Shown: piece by piece, positions 27,073 to 37,806 of the stretch
How the letters are laid out: every line of letters begins with the position of its first letter
How positions within the stretch are numbered: the first letter of the stretch is position 1
NCBI GenBank assembly: GCA_965655095.1
Contig: OZ296652.1
Location: forward strand, 57,784,001 to 57,848,000
Direction of reading: 5' to 3'
DNA from: Haplodiscus bocki
Lineage: Eukaryota
Length of the DNA: 64,000 bases
The notes under the pieces: generated by a model
What the model was told of the DNA's origin: nothing
What the model saw: only the letters and a program-made list of their open reading frames with translations
Databases searched by the model: none
Translations under genes and position numbers: made by a program

Positions 27073-29018
27073 TCAACTTTTGTTTTCTTTTCTGTTTAAT
27101 ATTGAATTGATTTCTGAAAGAATAGTAGTTAGGGATGCAATTGCTTTGGATGCTTCAGCAAGTTTAGCAGACTTCCTCAAAATTTCGATTTCTTCTTCCA
27201 AAGTCGTGACTTGTTGTGTGAAAGCTCGCCGGGAGAAAACTTTGAGATCGACCATACTGTAATTTTTGCAACATTCATGAAATCTTTGCAGCTTGGTGCA
27301 CAAGGTCGAAAGTTCATCCGATCCGAGTTGACCTTCCCAAGTAGACGCAAGTTTTAAATTGGCATCGATGTCCGAGGAAATATTCAGAAGAGTATCCAAG
27401 TCAACATCTGCAAAAATTTCCGTTTCTGTTGCCGACAAAGTTGATATTTGCGGTCGACGTACAGATTGTCGTAAAGCTACTCCAGATTTTATTTCCGAAA
27501 CAGTGTCCAAACTAGCTGTCAAAACTTCAGCTATGGGAACTCCACTTTTCTCATTTTCTGGAGTTTGTGGCGTAGCAGCAGTCGAACCTCCCTTTTTGGA
27601 GGTTTGGCTTTTGGATTTCGTCGTCTCTTTAGTGCTGGTGGTGACACTGCCTGACTCAATAGAAGACTTCGAATGACCATGTTTGATTTGATGTTTCGAT
27701 GTGTTAGCAGCTCCAGTACTACCAAAATTCGACCCACCTTCTTGTGACTTGACAGCTTTGATGAACGCGGATGGTTTGATTAGACTCTCGGTGCACTTCT
27801 CATTTGTAGGTTGCTTGGGTGGTAGCGGCTTTTCCACAAAATTTCTTGGTGGCGGGGGGATCAGATCATCGTTTAGATTGGGAACATTGGCTTTGCTTTT
27901 CCCTTTGAGGTGAGAGGGTTTCACTGCCGTCGGAGGAGGTGAAGTGGGGTTAGCAACAGGTTGCGGTACTGGTTTAGGTGGTTCTTCCACAGGTTTTGGC
28001 TGACTTGCCTTCGAAGACCCACTCATCAAGTTTGGTTTATGTTTCAGTTTCGGTGAAGACTTCACAGTATTTTGGGCAACTTCAGGTACAGATTGATTAA
28101 GTGTGCTTATTTTAGAGCAACTTCTGTCGAGGGGTGGGGGAGGAACAGGCTTGGCTGCAGGGAGGGGTACTTCTTTGCTTGTAGGAGAAAATTTGGTAGG
28201 CGATACAACTGGAGCAACGCCAGCATTGTTACTCGAATCAACTTTTGGTGGTTCTGGTATGCTGGCTTTCCATAACGCTTCAGTATTTGCACTCGCAGCA
28301 TTTGAGATTCCAGCGGGAGATTTGGTAAATGTAGAAATTGGGGTCTTCGAAGGGGGAACAATTTCAGAGCAGGTATATCCATGTTGAGAGGCAGGTAATT
28401 TGACTGTAAGTGGTTTGTTTGGAGGTATACTGGGGGTATTGGTTTTAGCAACATTCGGAGCATTTATGCTGTTTCCAAATGTCGAAAAAGTTGAAGATGC
28501 AGGGGCATTTTGACCAGTTGAAAAAGTACTACTATTGCCTTGTGATTGGCCGGCCCCGAAGGTACTTGCATTGCCGGACGAGTTTAGCACATTTTCTCTC
28601 GAGCTGAAAACTCTTGGGTTGGGTGTTGGTTTGCATTTCATTCCGTATTCATTTGTGTTATTTAAATCTGAATTGGACGAAGATTTCAATAAAACACCAG
28701 AAGGCTTCCAAACTAGATTGGGGTCAATCACATCTTCTTCTGAATCAGAACTCTGGTTATGATGATACACTGACATTGTTTTCATGGATCGGACCTCGTT
28801 CGCGGATATCGACGGCGTATTTGATTCTACGTTACAGCTTTGAGTCAGCTCTTCATTGTTAGAAGGTCGTTTGAAAGTTGACAGGGATTCTGAACTTGGG
28901 GAAATGGGCCCTGTAGCAAGTTTGCTCTTCATTACCAAGTTTCTGGTCACCAGTGGAGACGAGCCGGTTTCGCTGATGTTATCTGAAGCAAGAAAAACTT
29001 TGCCATTGAAAACTTTAT
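27073..29018 (-). CDS. abl: Abl-family tyrosine kinase, last coding exon (long Pro/Ser-rich tail plus C-terminal F-actin-binding domain)
   Basis: 652-aa ORF with PxxP-rich runs. The C-terminus (LQRFHECCKNY...SRRAFTQQVTTLEEEIEILR...LTTILSEINSILNR) matches the Abl FABD helical bundle (human ...NKFAFREAINKLE...LLSSVKEISDIVQR). Phase-1 acceptor ttgcgttgcacag|AT at 29018, with an in-frame stop just upstream. Confidence 0.85.
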
Positions 29019-29587
29019 CTGTGCAACGCAACGACCAGCATGCACCAAATGCATTTCAAATACTATTCTGACAATATACTGGCGACTTTACTCAAGTTAT
29101 AATACGTTGCATATTTAAACAGATTAGGTTCATGGACAACTTTCTCTTAATATATACCCAAAACGAAGTCCATTCGGACTCCTCTAATGATAAAAGTCAA
29201 ACACAGAGGCGAAGCTGCGCTTTGCAACACTTTCGCCTAAAAACACTACGGCATAAATCAAACAAGTATATCTAACCTTTGAAGGGGACAAGTTACTACG
29301 AAAACTGCTTGAACCATTCAATAGAAATTTAATAACTCAGTCAATTCTTGTAAACTTACATACAAGTACACCCAGTTCATTTTATAAGCAACTTTATATC
29401 AGGTAGGGGTTAAACAGTGCCAGCAAATTGCTCAGAAAAATGCAAATCTAGGCAAATTTGTTGCTTACGAATGGCTTAGAATTTCATAAAATCTAGGCTA
29501 CGTTGCTTATTTTCAAGAAAAAAAAAATTCGTCAAAGCCTGTGATATTGCACTTGCTTGCGGAAGTGTAAAGCCCAGAAATTCAAAC

Positions 29588-29911
29588 CTCCTTCATTGGC
29601 AAGTGTTCTTAAATTGTTTTCTGCAGTAATGCCAGTTGCAAAGGATGGTGATTCCTTTATCTGGAAGGATGAAGTTCTCATTGGCGGAGCTGGAGCATTT
29701 CTCTTGCAGAAAAGAGCATTCCTCAGCTTTAAATTGCTGTCAGTGTCACTATCAGGAGTACCACTCGGCGCTCCCTGCACATAAGGTCCTCCAATTCCCG
29801 AATCTGAATCATTTCCAGCACCAGCACCCGAGGTTGACCTTCGAGTACCTGTGTCCAATGTTCCTTCAGGTGAATCAAGGTCAGGTGTCCGAGATCCGCA
29901 ACTGATACCAC
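29588..29911 (-). CDS. abl: Abl-family kinase internal exon (post-kinase region)
   Basis: Encodes APAPPMRTSSF, matching the conserved Abl motif APTPPKRSSSF. Acceptor tgttttcaacag|GT (phase 1) and donor GAG|gtttga (phase 1) join in frame to both neighbouring exons. The donor position is less certain. Confidence 0.75.
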
Positions 29912-32022
29912 CTGTTGAAAACAAAACAGTAACAGTAGCCGTCCGACTGATACGGCCTGGATTAGGATTTCGGACTCAGGTTACAGTAAACCAGTGAACT
30001 TTCGCAAATTCGTTCGTTACCTGCAAATAAATATTTTTGTTAAATCATCAATTGCAAATAAATGGACAATCACTCAAACCAGAAAATTATCCCAATTGCT
30101 ACTAGTACCAAGAAAACGAGTATGCTATCGCACTAATCTCACGCCACAAGCCGAGAACGGCCACAGCCGGCGCTCCGTGTCAAGCCCCATTAATTGCAAG
30201 GGAGACACTTTAGTGTTCAGGAGTATCAGTTCCTGGGAGAAAAAGTTAGCCAGCCAGTGGGAATCAATAATTTTACAGGGGGAGTTTTATAATATTACGA
30301 ACTGCTCAGAAAACTAATGGAAAAATAATTTACTTTGCCTTTCGGAGAGGCCTTACATCACGAGAGGTTTTGGTGCTTTTGGTTACAAGAGGGGTTTATT
30401 GCTGCTTTACTTCCTCCACTACCTAGGAAAATCATTCAGCAAATTACAGCCAAAACACCATTACAGCCGTTTTGTTCCGCCCATGAAGCCGTTATATATT
30501 GCCAAAAGTAGTACATGAAAAGCGCAGAGATATAACTTTTTTTTAATTCTAAAGCCACGATTCATGGGAGAACCTTTGATACGTTTCGAGAAGTACTACT
30601 CCGAGTATGAAAATTAGGGTATCAATAGAAAATTTTTCGCCAACACAGGCATCAAGTATGTTACGAATTAAATACAAAATTTGGCATAGTTAAAGGTGAA
30701 GGTAAGACAACTTTACATTGATTCAGCGGCCGTGACCTGCTCCACAATTGGATTCACCGCTACCTCAAGCAACCGATTTTTAACCTTACTACTACCGACA
30801 GCCACCGCTCCATTCTTCGGTTATCGCTGGCTAACGAGAAATTTTGACAGAAGATTTTGGTGACAGACTGAACGGTTTTTCAGATTTTCATTGAATATCC
30901 TGACACTTCATGACCTCAAACTAAAACACCCAATTAAAGGCGCATAAGGTAGTTTCAGCTGTATAATTTGGGTTTCTGTATAATTTTGTATAGTTTTGGA
31001 AATTTTTTGGGATTATCATAGGGTCCCGCCCTTAACCCTTATTCCGTTTTCTCGTGAATTATGATGAGTCCATTCAAAATGTCCCTGGATTAAAACTTCA
31101 TTATAAGTATATTGAATGGGAAACCTGATAAAATCATTTGCGCATTCTCAGAGCAACTATGACGGTCCGTATTTTCAATCCTGTACACAGCTTTGCTCCA
31201 TTTTGAAAAAAGATTTTGTTCAAAATGTCATACGAAATGCCTTACTTCGGATAAGGTTGCAAAATGTCGTACGAAAAAATGCAAAAAAAACAAACCGAGA
31301 CACACCATGAGTAATTAGTGAAAGTAAAGTTTAGCGAGGTCCTAATAAAATTAAAACTTTCCTAAGTCCTAAAAATGTTCTCGTAAACTTGCCAGACCAT
31401 TAAAATGTTAGCATTTTCTAACCGTGCATCCGACGACCTATTTTAGGCACGGAAAGATGTGGTTAGTGCAAAATCCACCAATCACTACAAAAAGAAGCAA
31501 ATTGTGCAAAATTCTAAACTGCCGACAAAAACTAGGACACCCCTTTTGTAACACTGAATTTTCGGAGGAATATGAAAAGCTTTCCGTAGGAAAATCAAAA
31601 GCGGACTGTTTTGCCGACAAAAACTAGGACACCCCTTTTGTAACAATGAATTTTCGTAGGAAAATCAAAAGCTTTCGAAGACTTCCAGTAAGAATATATT
31701 GAGCTTCACAGGCGGTGCCCACGTGAGACGTTTTATTGGCTAATAAACGAATGAAGTTAAGACACACCCTCTGAAAAGGAGTGGAAAACACAGAGCAATT
31801 CCAACTTAAATACAGTGGTTCAGGTCATTCTTTTCGCTTTCACTTTCCGTGATTATTATTGTTAGCTTCAGTGCTTCTAAATTTGGCGGTCAAACCACTG
31901 ATAGACAGACAGCCTTCTCATAATCGTTCCGAATATCATTATTGTTGCGGCAGCATTTTAATCGAGCTTGATCTCTATTCGAAAACACTTTTCAGTGAAT
32001 TCAAAAACGATCATCGGAATCA

Positions 32023-32212
32023 CAATCAGTCCGAACTGATGCACTTTCAACAGAGGTGATTTTTTTGCTACAACTTTTCTTCCATGAAGTGTGAAAGTCT
32101 GTAACATACAAAAAAGACACATTTTGTACGTTACACACTTTCACACTTGATGACAGAACACTGTAGCAGAAAAATGGACCTCTGTTGAAACTGGATCAGT
32201 TCGGATTGATTG
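32023..32212. repeat. ~190-bp imperfect foldback palindrome (MITE-like) in abl intron
   Basis: caatcagtccgaactgatgcactttcaacagagg...gtgtgaaagtctgtaacatacaaaa pairs with ttttgtacgttacacactttcacac...cctctgttgaaactggatcagttcggattgattg around a ~7-nt loop. Confidence 0.85.
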
Positions 32213-32247
32213 CTAACTTACGAAAAAAGTTAAAGTAATAATCACAC

Positions 32248-32614
32248 TTTTTAGTCGGCGCTTTTCGATTAAGTGAAAGTGCCCGACTTACAGTGGCTAG
32301 TTTTTTTTCCAACGTGTATCCGATAAAAAATTAAGAGTGAATTAGTGTACACCAGAGTGGCGATGAAAAAAGGCTATTTTCTACTACCCAACAGTACAGA
32401 AAGTGCAGAAAAACATGCGAAAGTAAAATTGCAAAGCGCCAAACGTCCCAACAATTTTTAGAACACAAAAGGGTACGCCCTACTATTTTTCGGCTGTGTG
32501 AGAATTTTTTGGATTTTGGAAAAACCGAAAATAGTTACAAAGCATCAAAGTCTCCTGCATTGAAGTATACAGAGCTTTAAGGGCTGCGCTGACTTCAGCC
32601 CTTCCCGGCTTGTT
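32248..32614 (-). mobile_element. Short non-autonomous interspersed repeat (possibly Helentron/DINE-like), copy 1
   Basis: Both ends match copy 2 (33722-34260) in opposite orientation: aacaagccgggaagggctgaagtcagcgc at one end and actagccactgtaagtcgggcactttcacttaa...gcgccgactaaaaa at the other. Short subterminal inverted motif agtc(a/g)gcgc / gcgccgact. Confidence 0.45.
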
Positions 32615-33721
32615 ACTAAAGGAGAAGGGTCGAATAGTAATTTACTGACAAAAAATAAGAGCTGTAAGATCCAGATTTTTGTCAAGATGTTTAGTTGTTC
32701 TGTCCTTTTCTTCGCAAAATTTCATACGTAGCTTCCGAATTTAGAATGAGGAAAAAAGAATCTGGTGCATTTCAAATCAATATTAATTTTCCAAAATAAA
32801 GCTCTTTTGATTAAGATTTCAAGTGAAACTGTTGACTTCATATCGAAAATTAAGCTTCATCGATTAAATTTTAGAGCTTTAGGAAACCACCTCGTTGGAA
32901 AAGAATAATTGAAAACAAAAGCCAGAACATTGCAAGGCATTTCCATCTTTGAGACGATAGCATAGTGAAAAAGCTACCGAAGGCTAATAATTTCCCAGAC
33001 ATAAAAGGTCCATGTAATTTAACAGAACGAACAGTTGATCACGAAACTTTGAATCTCACATCATGAATGAAACAGTGCCGAGGCGAAGAATGATATCACG
33101 GTAAAACATACAGACATTCACTCTATCCTTAATCATCATTGCGCATTCACACCGTAAATTGGTCCTTGCAAAATATTTGGCAAACAAGTGTTGACTGTTT
33201 TTTCTCGGAGCGACAATACATACCTGAGCCATGAGCTCCTCCGTGTTGATTGTATACTAGTCCCCATTACAAATATAAATACTATTGCAGCAGTGCAACT
33301 ACATTTTTTAAAAGGCATGATCAAAGAAAAAACTCGGCAAAGAAAAAAATCATCAAGAAATGCGATTTGATGATTTTCACCTGCACTGCATTTTATCAAC
33401 AGCTCCATAACGCTGTCGCCCCAAACTTTTCCTATGCTACTGCAACCCCCAGGTGGTAGCGGAGAAACACCTAAAGGGGCTCGCAATAGAACTTGCATGA
33501 TCTCATTATTAGACCTTTAAAATGAGTTAAATGTCGTTTATCAATTCTTACTAGTTTTGCATATCTTTCAGCCCAATTTTCTAGTTCCATGAAGAGTCAA
33601 GGTGAAGCTAAATACTGTATTTATTCGAATTATAGCGCGAATAAATTGGTCCTTTTTCAATTTAAGGGGCAAAGTTTAGATTCAAAAACGCTGCAACAAT
33701 TTGTTAAATTTCGTAATGAAC

Positions 33722-34262
33722 ATCAAGCCGAGAACAGCCCAAATCAGCGCCGCACGTAAGGCAAGAAATATCAATGGGGGTCTGTTGTTTTTTGAGAAAT
33801 TTTGACTTCCGACAAAAAATTGGCATAATCACATTTTTTCCTGAAAATTTGGTCTCGCAGCGCCGAAAAACGTACCGGAGGGACTCTTTGTTTCAATATT
33901 TACTGCCTGAGAAAGTTATTAGTTGAGAAACCAGTTGGTATTTGCCTCTGCAAAAAAAGAATTAAAGAGGGTATCGCTAAAAAGATTCGGATCGAAAGTG
34001 TTCCTGCTTATCTTCTGATTAATAACTATTTTCATCTAATGAGAAAGTCTTTAGATTGTAGGTCCGAAATTTTTTCGTAGATAAGAACGCTATACTCACG
34101 TTTTCAGTACTGTTCGTAGTTGTTAGTAGTATATGGTTGCTCTTAAAGACCACCATTCTTTTGCAAGTGCATGAACTAGACTTTTCATTTTTGTCGAAAA
34201 TGCGGTAAAAACTAGCCACTGTAAAAGTTGGGCACTTTCACTTAACTCCCGCCGACTGAAAG
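33722..34262 (+). mobile_element. Short non-autonomous interspersed repeat, copy 2
   Basis: Starts atcaagccgagaacagcccaaatcagcgcc and ends actagccactgtaaaagttgggcactttcacttaactcccgccgactgaaa; same end motifs as copy 1. Confidence 0.45.
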
Positions 34263-34629
34263 AGGGCACTACTTTGTGTCGAAAACATTTTTACTGCGGT
34301 ATGTATGATCTTCGAAGTTAGATTTTCTTCGCGTAACACATCTATCTTCACCTAACAATTTCCAAAGAAGCATATGCATGGCAGCTTCATATCCTTGGCA
34401 TGTCAAAACTTTTACGGAGCAGATTTTTAGAAGGCATTAATTGGAATTTTTGGGGCCAAAATTGGGTCGATTATACAGTTGGAGTACTTTGTCATAAAAT
34501 CCGGTACCCTCAGTGCGCGCCATCATAATCACAGTACCAAAAATTTCTGAGGCTTCTTGAGAACGCAACGCTCGGCCTCCCTGACACACCAACTAATCGA
34601 CGGAATATGGAGAATGTATTGAAACTGAC

Positions 34630-34995
34630 CTTCAAAACTGTCGTCACTAACAGCACCTGAAGATATTTCCATGGAAGATATTGCACCTTTGGTAGTCACA
34701 GTAAAGTTATCCAGCAGTTTTTCAGGTGACTGAGGAACACCTTGAGAGCCATCTAACTCCTGTCTAACTTCGTCCAACAGAGAAGCAAGCTGTTTATTAA
34801 TCTCGGCAAAAGATGGTCTATCTCTAGGCAGCCATTGCCAACATCGTTTCATTAAAGCGTAGAGGGCTTTGGGACATTCTGGAGGTTGGTTCAACCGACT
34901 ACCCTGTTGAAGGTATTCGTAAAGGCTGCACAGTTCAATTCCAGGGTATGGAGACATGCCACCAGAAGCTATTTCCCAGAGTAGAACACCGAAGG
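34630..34995 (-). CDS. abl: Abl-family kinase exon encoding the kinase C-lobe (subdomains IX-XI)
   Basis: (A)[65 protein letters not shown] closely matches ABL1 [21 protein letters not shown]...CP..[19 protein letters not shown]. Acceptor ttcaag|CC splits the Ala codon after DVW, as I recall for vertebrate ABL1. Donor GAAG|gtcagt; 366 bp. Confidence 0.9.
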
Positions 34996-37313
34996 CTTGA
35001 ACATAACAAAATCTTTCAATTTCCGAGAGATTTTGAGGACATTTTGAGGAGTAAAAATGATACGAAAAGCATAAGTTGTAAAAGTTTTGTTTACGAGAAG
35101 TAAATGACTAATCAATCCAACATTTCAACGAGACACCCGGCTAACTCCGGGATATCGTCCTCCTTTCAAAATACGAAAAAAGAGAAATGCCACTAAAAAG
35201 CCATAATTCGAACCAACAAGCTGAGAACAGCTCGATATCGGCTGTCCATCTGTCGGACGCAAAAATTCCAGTGAACCATAGTGAGGGCACCTGAAAAACT
35301 CAAAAAAAAATGTCTCACAGTACCGGAAAACTTCGTAGGGCGACCCTTTGTGTTTCTGAAAGTTTCCGGTATCCAAAAACTTATACATGACGAGGGTACT
35401 ACGATTAAAATTGAAAAAAGTGTTGTTTCAAGAGTACCGAAAAATTTTCTGGGAGGGACTCTATGATGTTTCCGGAGTTTTCTGTTACCGGAAACTTTAT
35501 GCATAAGAAGGTTATTACGATTTTTGAACGATAAATTTTGTCTCTGAAAAATTCTGGGTGTTTCTGGAAATTTCTGGAGTTGACTAATTGTCGGGCGCAA
35601 AATTTTGTCTAAAACGTAGAGCGGCAATCACAAAAAATATGTCAAAAACTTTTCTTTTCACAGAAAAAATTAGTGAGGGGGCCCTTTTGGTGATTCAGAA
35701 ACTTTCTGCTTTAGAAAAATGTATACTAAGGGGGGGGGGTAGCACCAATTTTGGAGGGAAAAGTTTGGGTCACAGTGCCAAAAAATCCGCAGAAAAGACC
35801 CTCTGGTGTTTCTGAAAGTTTCTGGCATCAAAAAAAATTGTAAACAAGGGGGAAACACGAATTTCGGACAAAATTTTTTCACCTCAGTGCCAAAAAAATA
35901 ATCGTAGAACGCACTTTTTGGTCTTAGTGAGTACTCGCCTGTGCTTCTTATACAATTTACTTGCATGCTTTAAAAAATATGCTATGGAAGAGAGTAGACC
36001 ACTCGCTTTCACCTTAAAAAATGAAAGCAAAAAACAAAGTGACTACAAGGTTCGGCTTTTGCACTAAAAGAAAGGCCCCGAGTTAACACAGAGCCTCCAG
36101 AGGCGGATAGGACTTCGGATACCTTTCAAGACAAAATGGGGTCCCCTTAACCTCTATTCCGTTTTCCGACCCCGTCTTTACACTTTAATATATATACTTT
36201 GACTAGGGAATAAAAAAAACTCAAAAGTTTAAAAGTTGAGCGCTCTCAACACTACTCGGATGACCCTACGCAGATGATGTACTCCTACGCAGCTCTGAAG
36301 CGTTTAAAAACTGCATTTTTTGAAAAATCGCACGTTAATCCTAGTATATTGACCGAGGAACGAGAAAAAAACACTTTTCTGATCTGTGCGATACCGCCGC
36401 TACCATGATGGTCCGTACGGAACTTCCTGTACTCCCACACAGCGTTGCTGCGTTTTGATTTTGGCATGAAATTCTCATATGTCGCAGGAAATTCCTATTT
36501 CCGACGAGGTTGCGAACTTCCGAACGAAAAAGTTTCAATGAAAACAAAACCCGAGCAAAAGTGAGTGCTTCGTAAATGGAGAACGTTTTGAAAGAGGTGC
36601 AAAACTGCATCGAAAATCAATCATTCATCATTCTTCAATCGCAAAGGAACCTAAACTTTAGCAACAGAAATTATTTTTCGAGCGAGACCAAAATGCTAGA
36701 CGTATTCCACAAGAATAATGGAACAAAAGGTCAGATAAAACATCTTTGCGTGCATATATGCTTAATCGTGCAATTGGCAAAACTGATGTGAGAAAGCTGA
36801 ATGTTCAACAAAAAATTTGCCTTCTAAAAATGAAAAAGGACGGAGAATAACAAAACAGTTTTACGAGCAACTTATTTGTCAACCATCCGACGTCCAAGTT
36901 TTCCTTGCATACTGCTCAATCAAAACTTCCGCAGGCCCGATTGATATACAGGGATGTTGAATTTTGGTACTAGTTGAACGTATCAACGGCCTCAAATTCA
37001 TTTCCAACCACTTTTTGGGAACACAGAATTCTTTTCATTCAATAGGAGAGTATTGGGTTAGATAAACTCAGAGGCAAAGCTCCACTTGGCATACAATAGC
37101 GACGAAGGGCATCAAGTAACTGCCTACAGACGAAAAACCCTCAATTAATACTTTCAAGATTCACAGATTAAAAAAACTTCCACTGGAAACAAACTGTCAT
37201 GAACAGCTGTTCAAAGTCAGCCTTTTTATCAGAACTCAAATCAGGCGTTGAATAGCCAGAGTCTAACGGATTGTCTTCGAGAAAACCGAGTGCGAGAAAA
37301 AGTCAGGAAATCT

Positions 37314-37319
37314 CACGTG
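37314..37319. other. 6-bp target-site duplication CACGTG (partner at 54765-54770)
   Basis: tct-CACGTG-AGTAGT ... ACTACT-CACGTG-gat. Six bp is the Polinton integrase TSD length. The hexamer is self-complementary, so it formally cannot be distinguished from a 6-bp extension of the inverted repeat. Confidence 0.8.
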
Positions 37320-37370
37320 AGTAGTTATATAAGTCGCATATGGGATACTCGCAGAGCGCACCCCCCTACC

Positions 37371-37765
37371 CTTCATCGTATTTGGGATATGCTCAACAGC
37401 GCACCCATACCCAGTATCGTATTTGAGATATGTTCAACAGCACACCCATACCCAGTATCGTATTTGGGATATGTTCAATAGCTCACCCATACCCAGTATC
37501 GTATTTGAGATATGTTCAACAGCGCACCCATACCCAGTATCGTATTTGGGATATGCTCAACAGCGCACCCATACCCAGTATCGTATTTGAGATATGTTCA
37601 ACAGCGCACCCATACCCAGTATCGTATTTGAGATATATTCAACAGCGCAACCATACCCAGTATCGTATTTGAGATATATTCAACAGCGCAACCATACCCA
37701 GTATCGTATTTGGGATATGTTCAACAGCACACCCATACCCATCATCTTATTTGGGATATGTTAAA
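37371..37765 (+). repeat. Left subterminal 41-bp minisatellite (~9.5 copies)
   Basis: Unit cagtatcgtatttg(g/a)gatatgttcaacagcgcacccatacc at 37371, 37412, 37453...37699, partial at 37740. Confidence 0.95.
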
Positions 37766-37806
37766 TGGACTTGCTCAGATTTTGTAATGAACTTCAAAAT
37801 AAAAAA

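Noticed and set aside
27359-29905. Plus-strand and alternate-frame ORFs over the abl exons
   Set aside because: Antisense or shadow frames of a long low-complexity coding region.
30333-30423. Extra abl exon after the good acceptor ttttcctag
   Set aside because: All three frames hit a stop before a convincing donor, and the flanking exons already join in phase without it. An alternative terminal exon cannot be excluded.
31520-31670. ~92-bp-period local duplication (tgccgacaaaaactaggacacccc...)
   Set aside because: Simple two-copy duplication with no further structure.
33136-33515. 120-aa minus-strand ORF and splice-like sites as an abl exon
   Set aside because: The phase is incompatible with the phase-1 donor at 34630 and there is no Abl similarity; unresolved without RNA-seq.
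35120-36840. ORFs at 35125-36791
   Set aside because: The region consists of internally repetitive interspersed-repeat sequence (recurrent tgtttctgaaagttt motifs) with no recognisable protein motifs.
37248-37672. ORFs through the 41-bp arrays (also 54166-54654) and the 30-bp arrays (45541-45929)
   Set aside because: Translations of tandem repeats, with no evidence of coding function.
37371-37765. 41-bp (and central 30-bp) repeats as a CRISPR array
   Set aside because: Units are head-to-tail with no unique spacers, there are no cas genes, and the context is eukaryotic.
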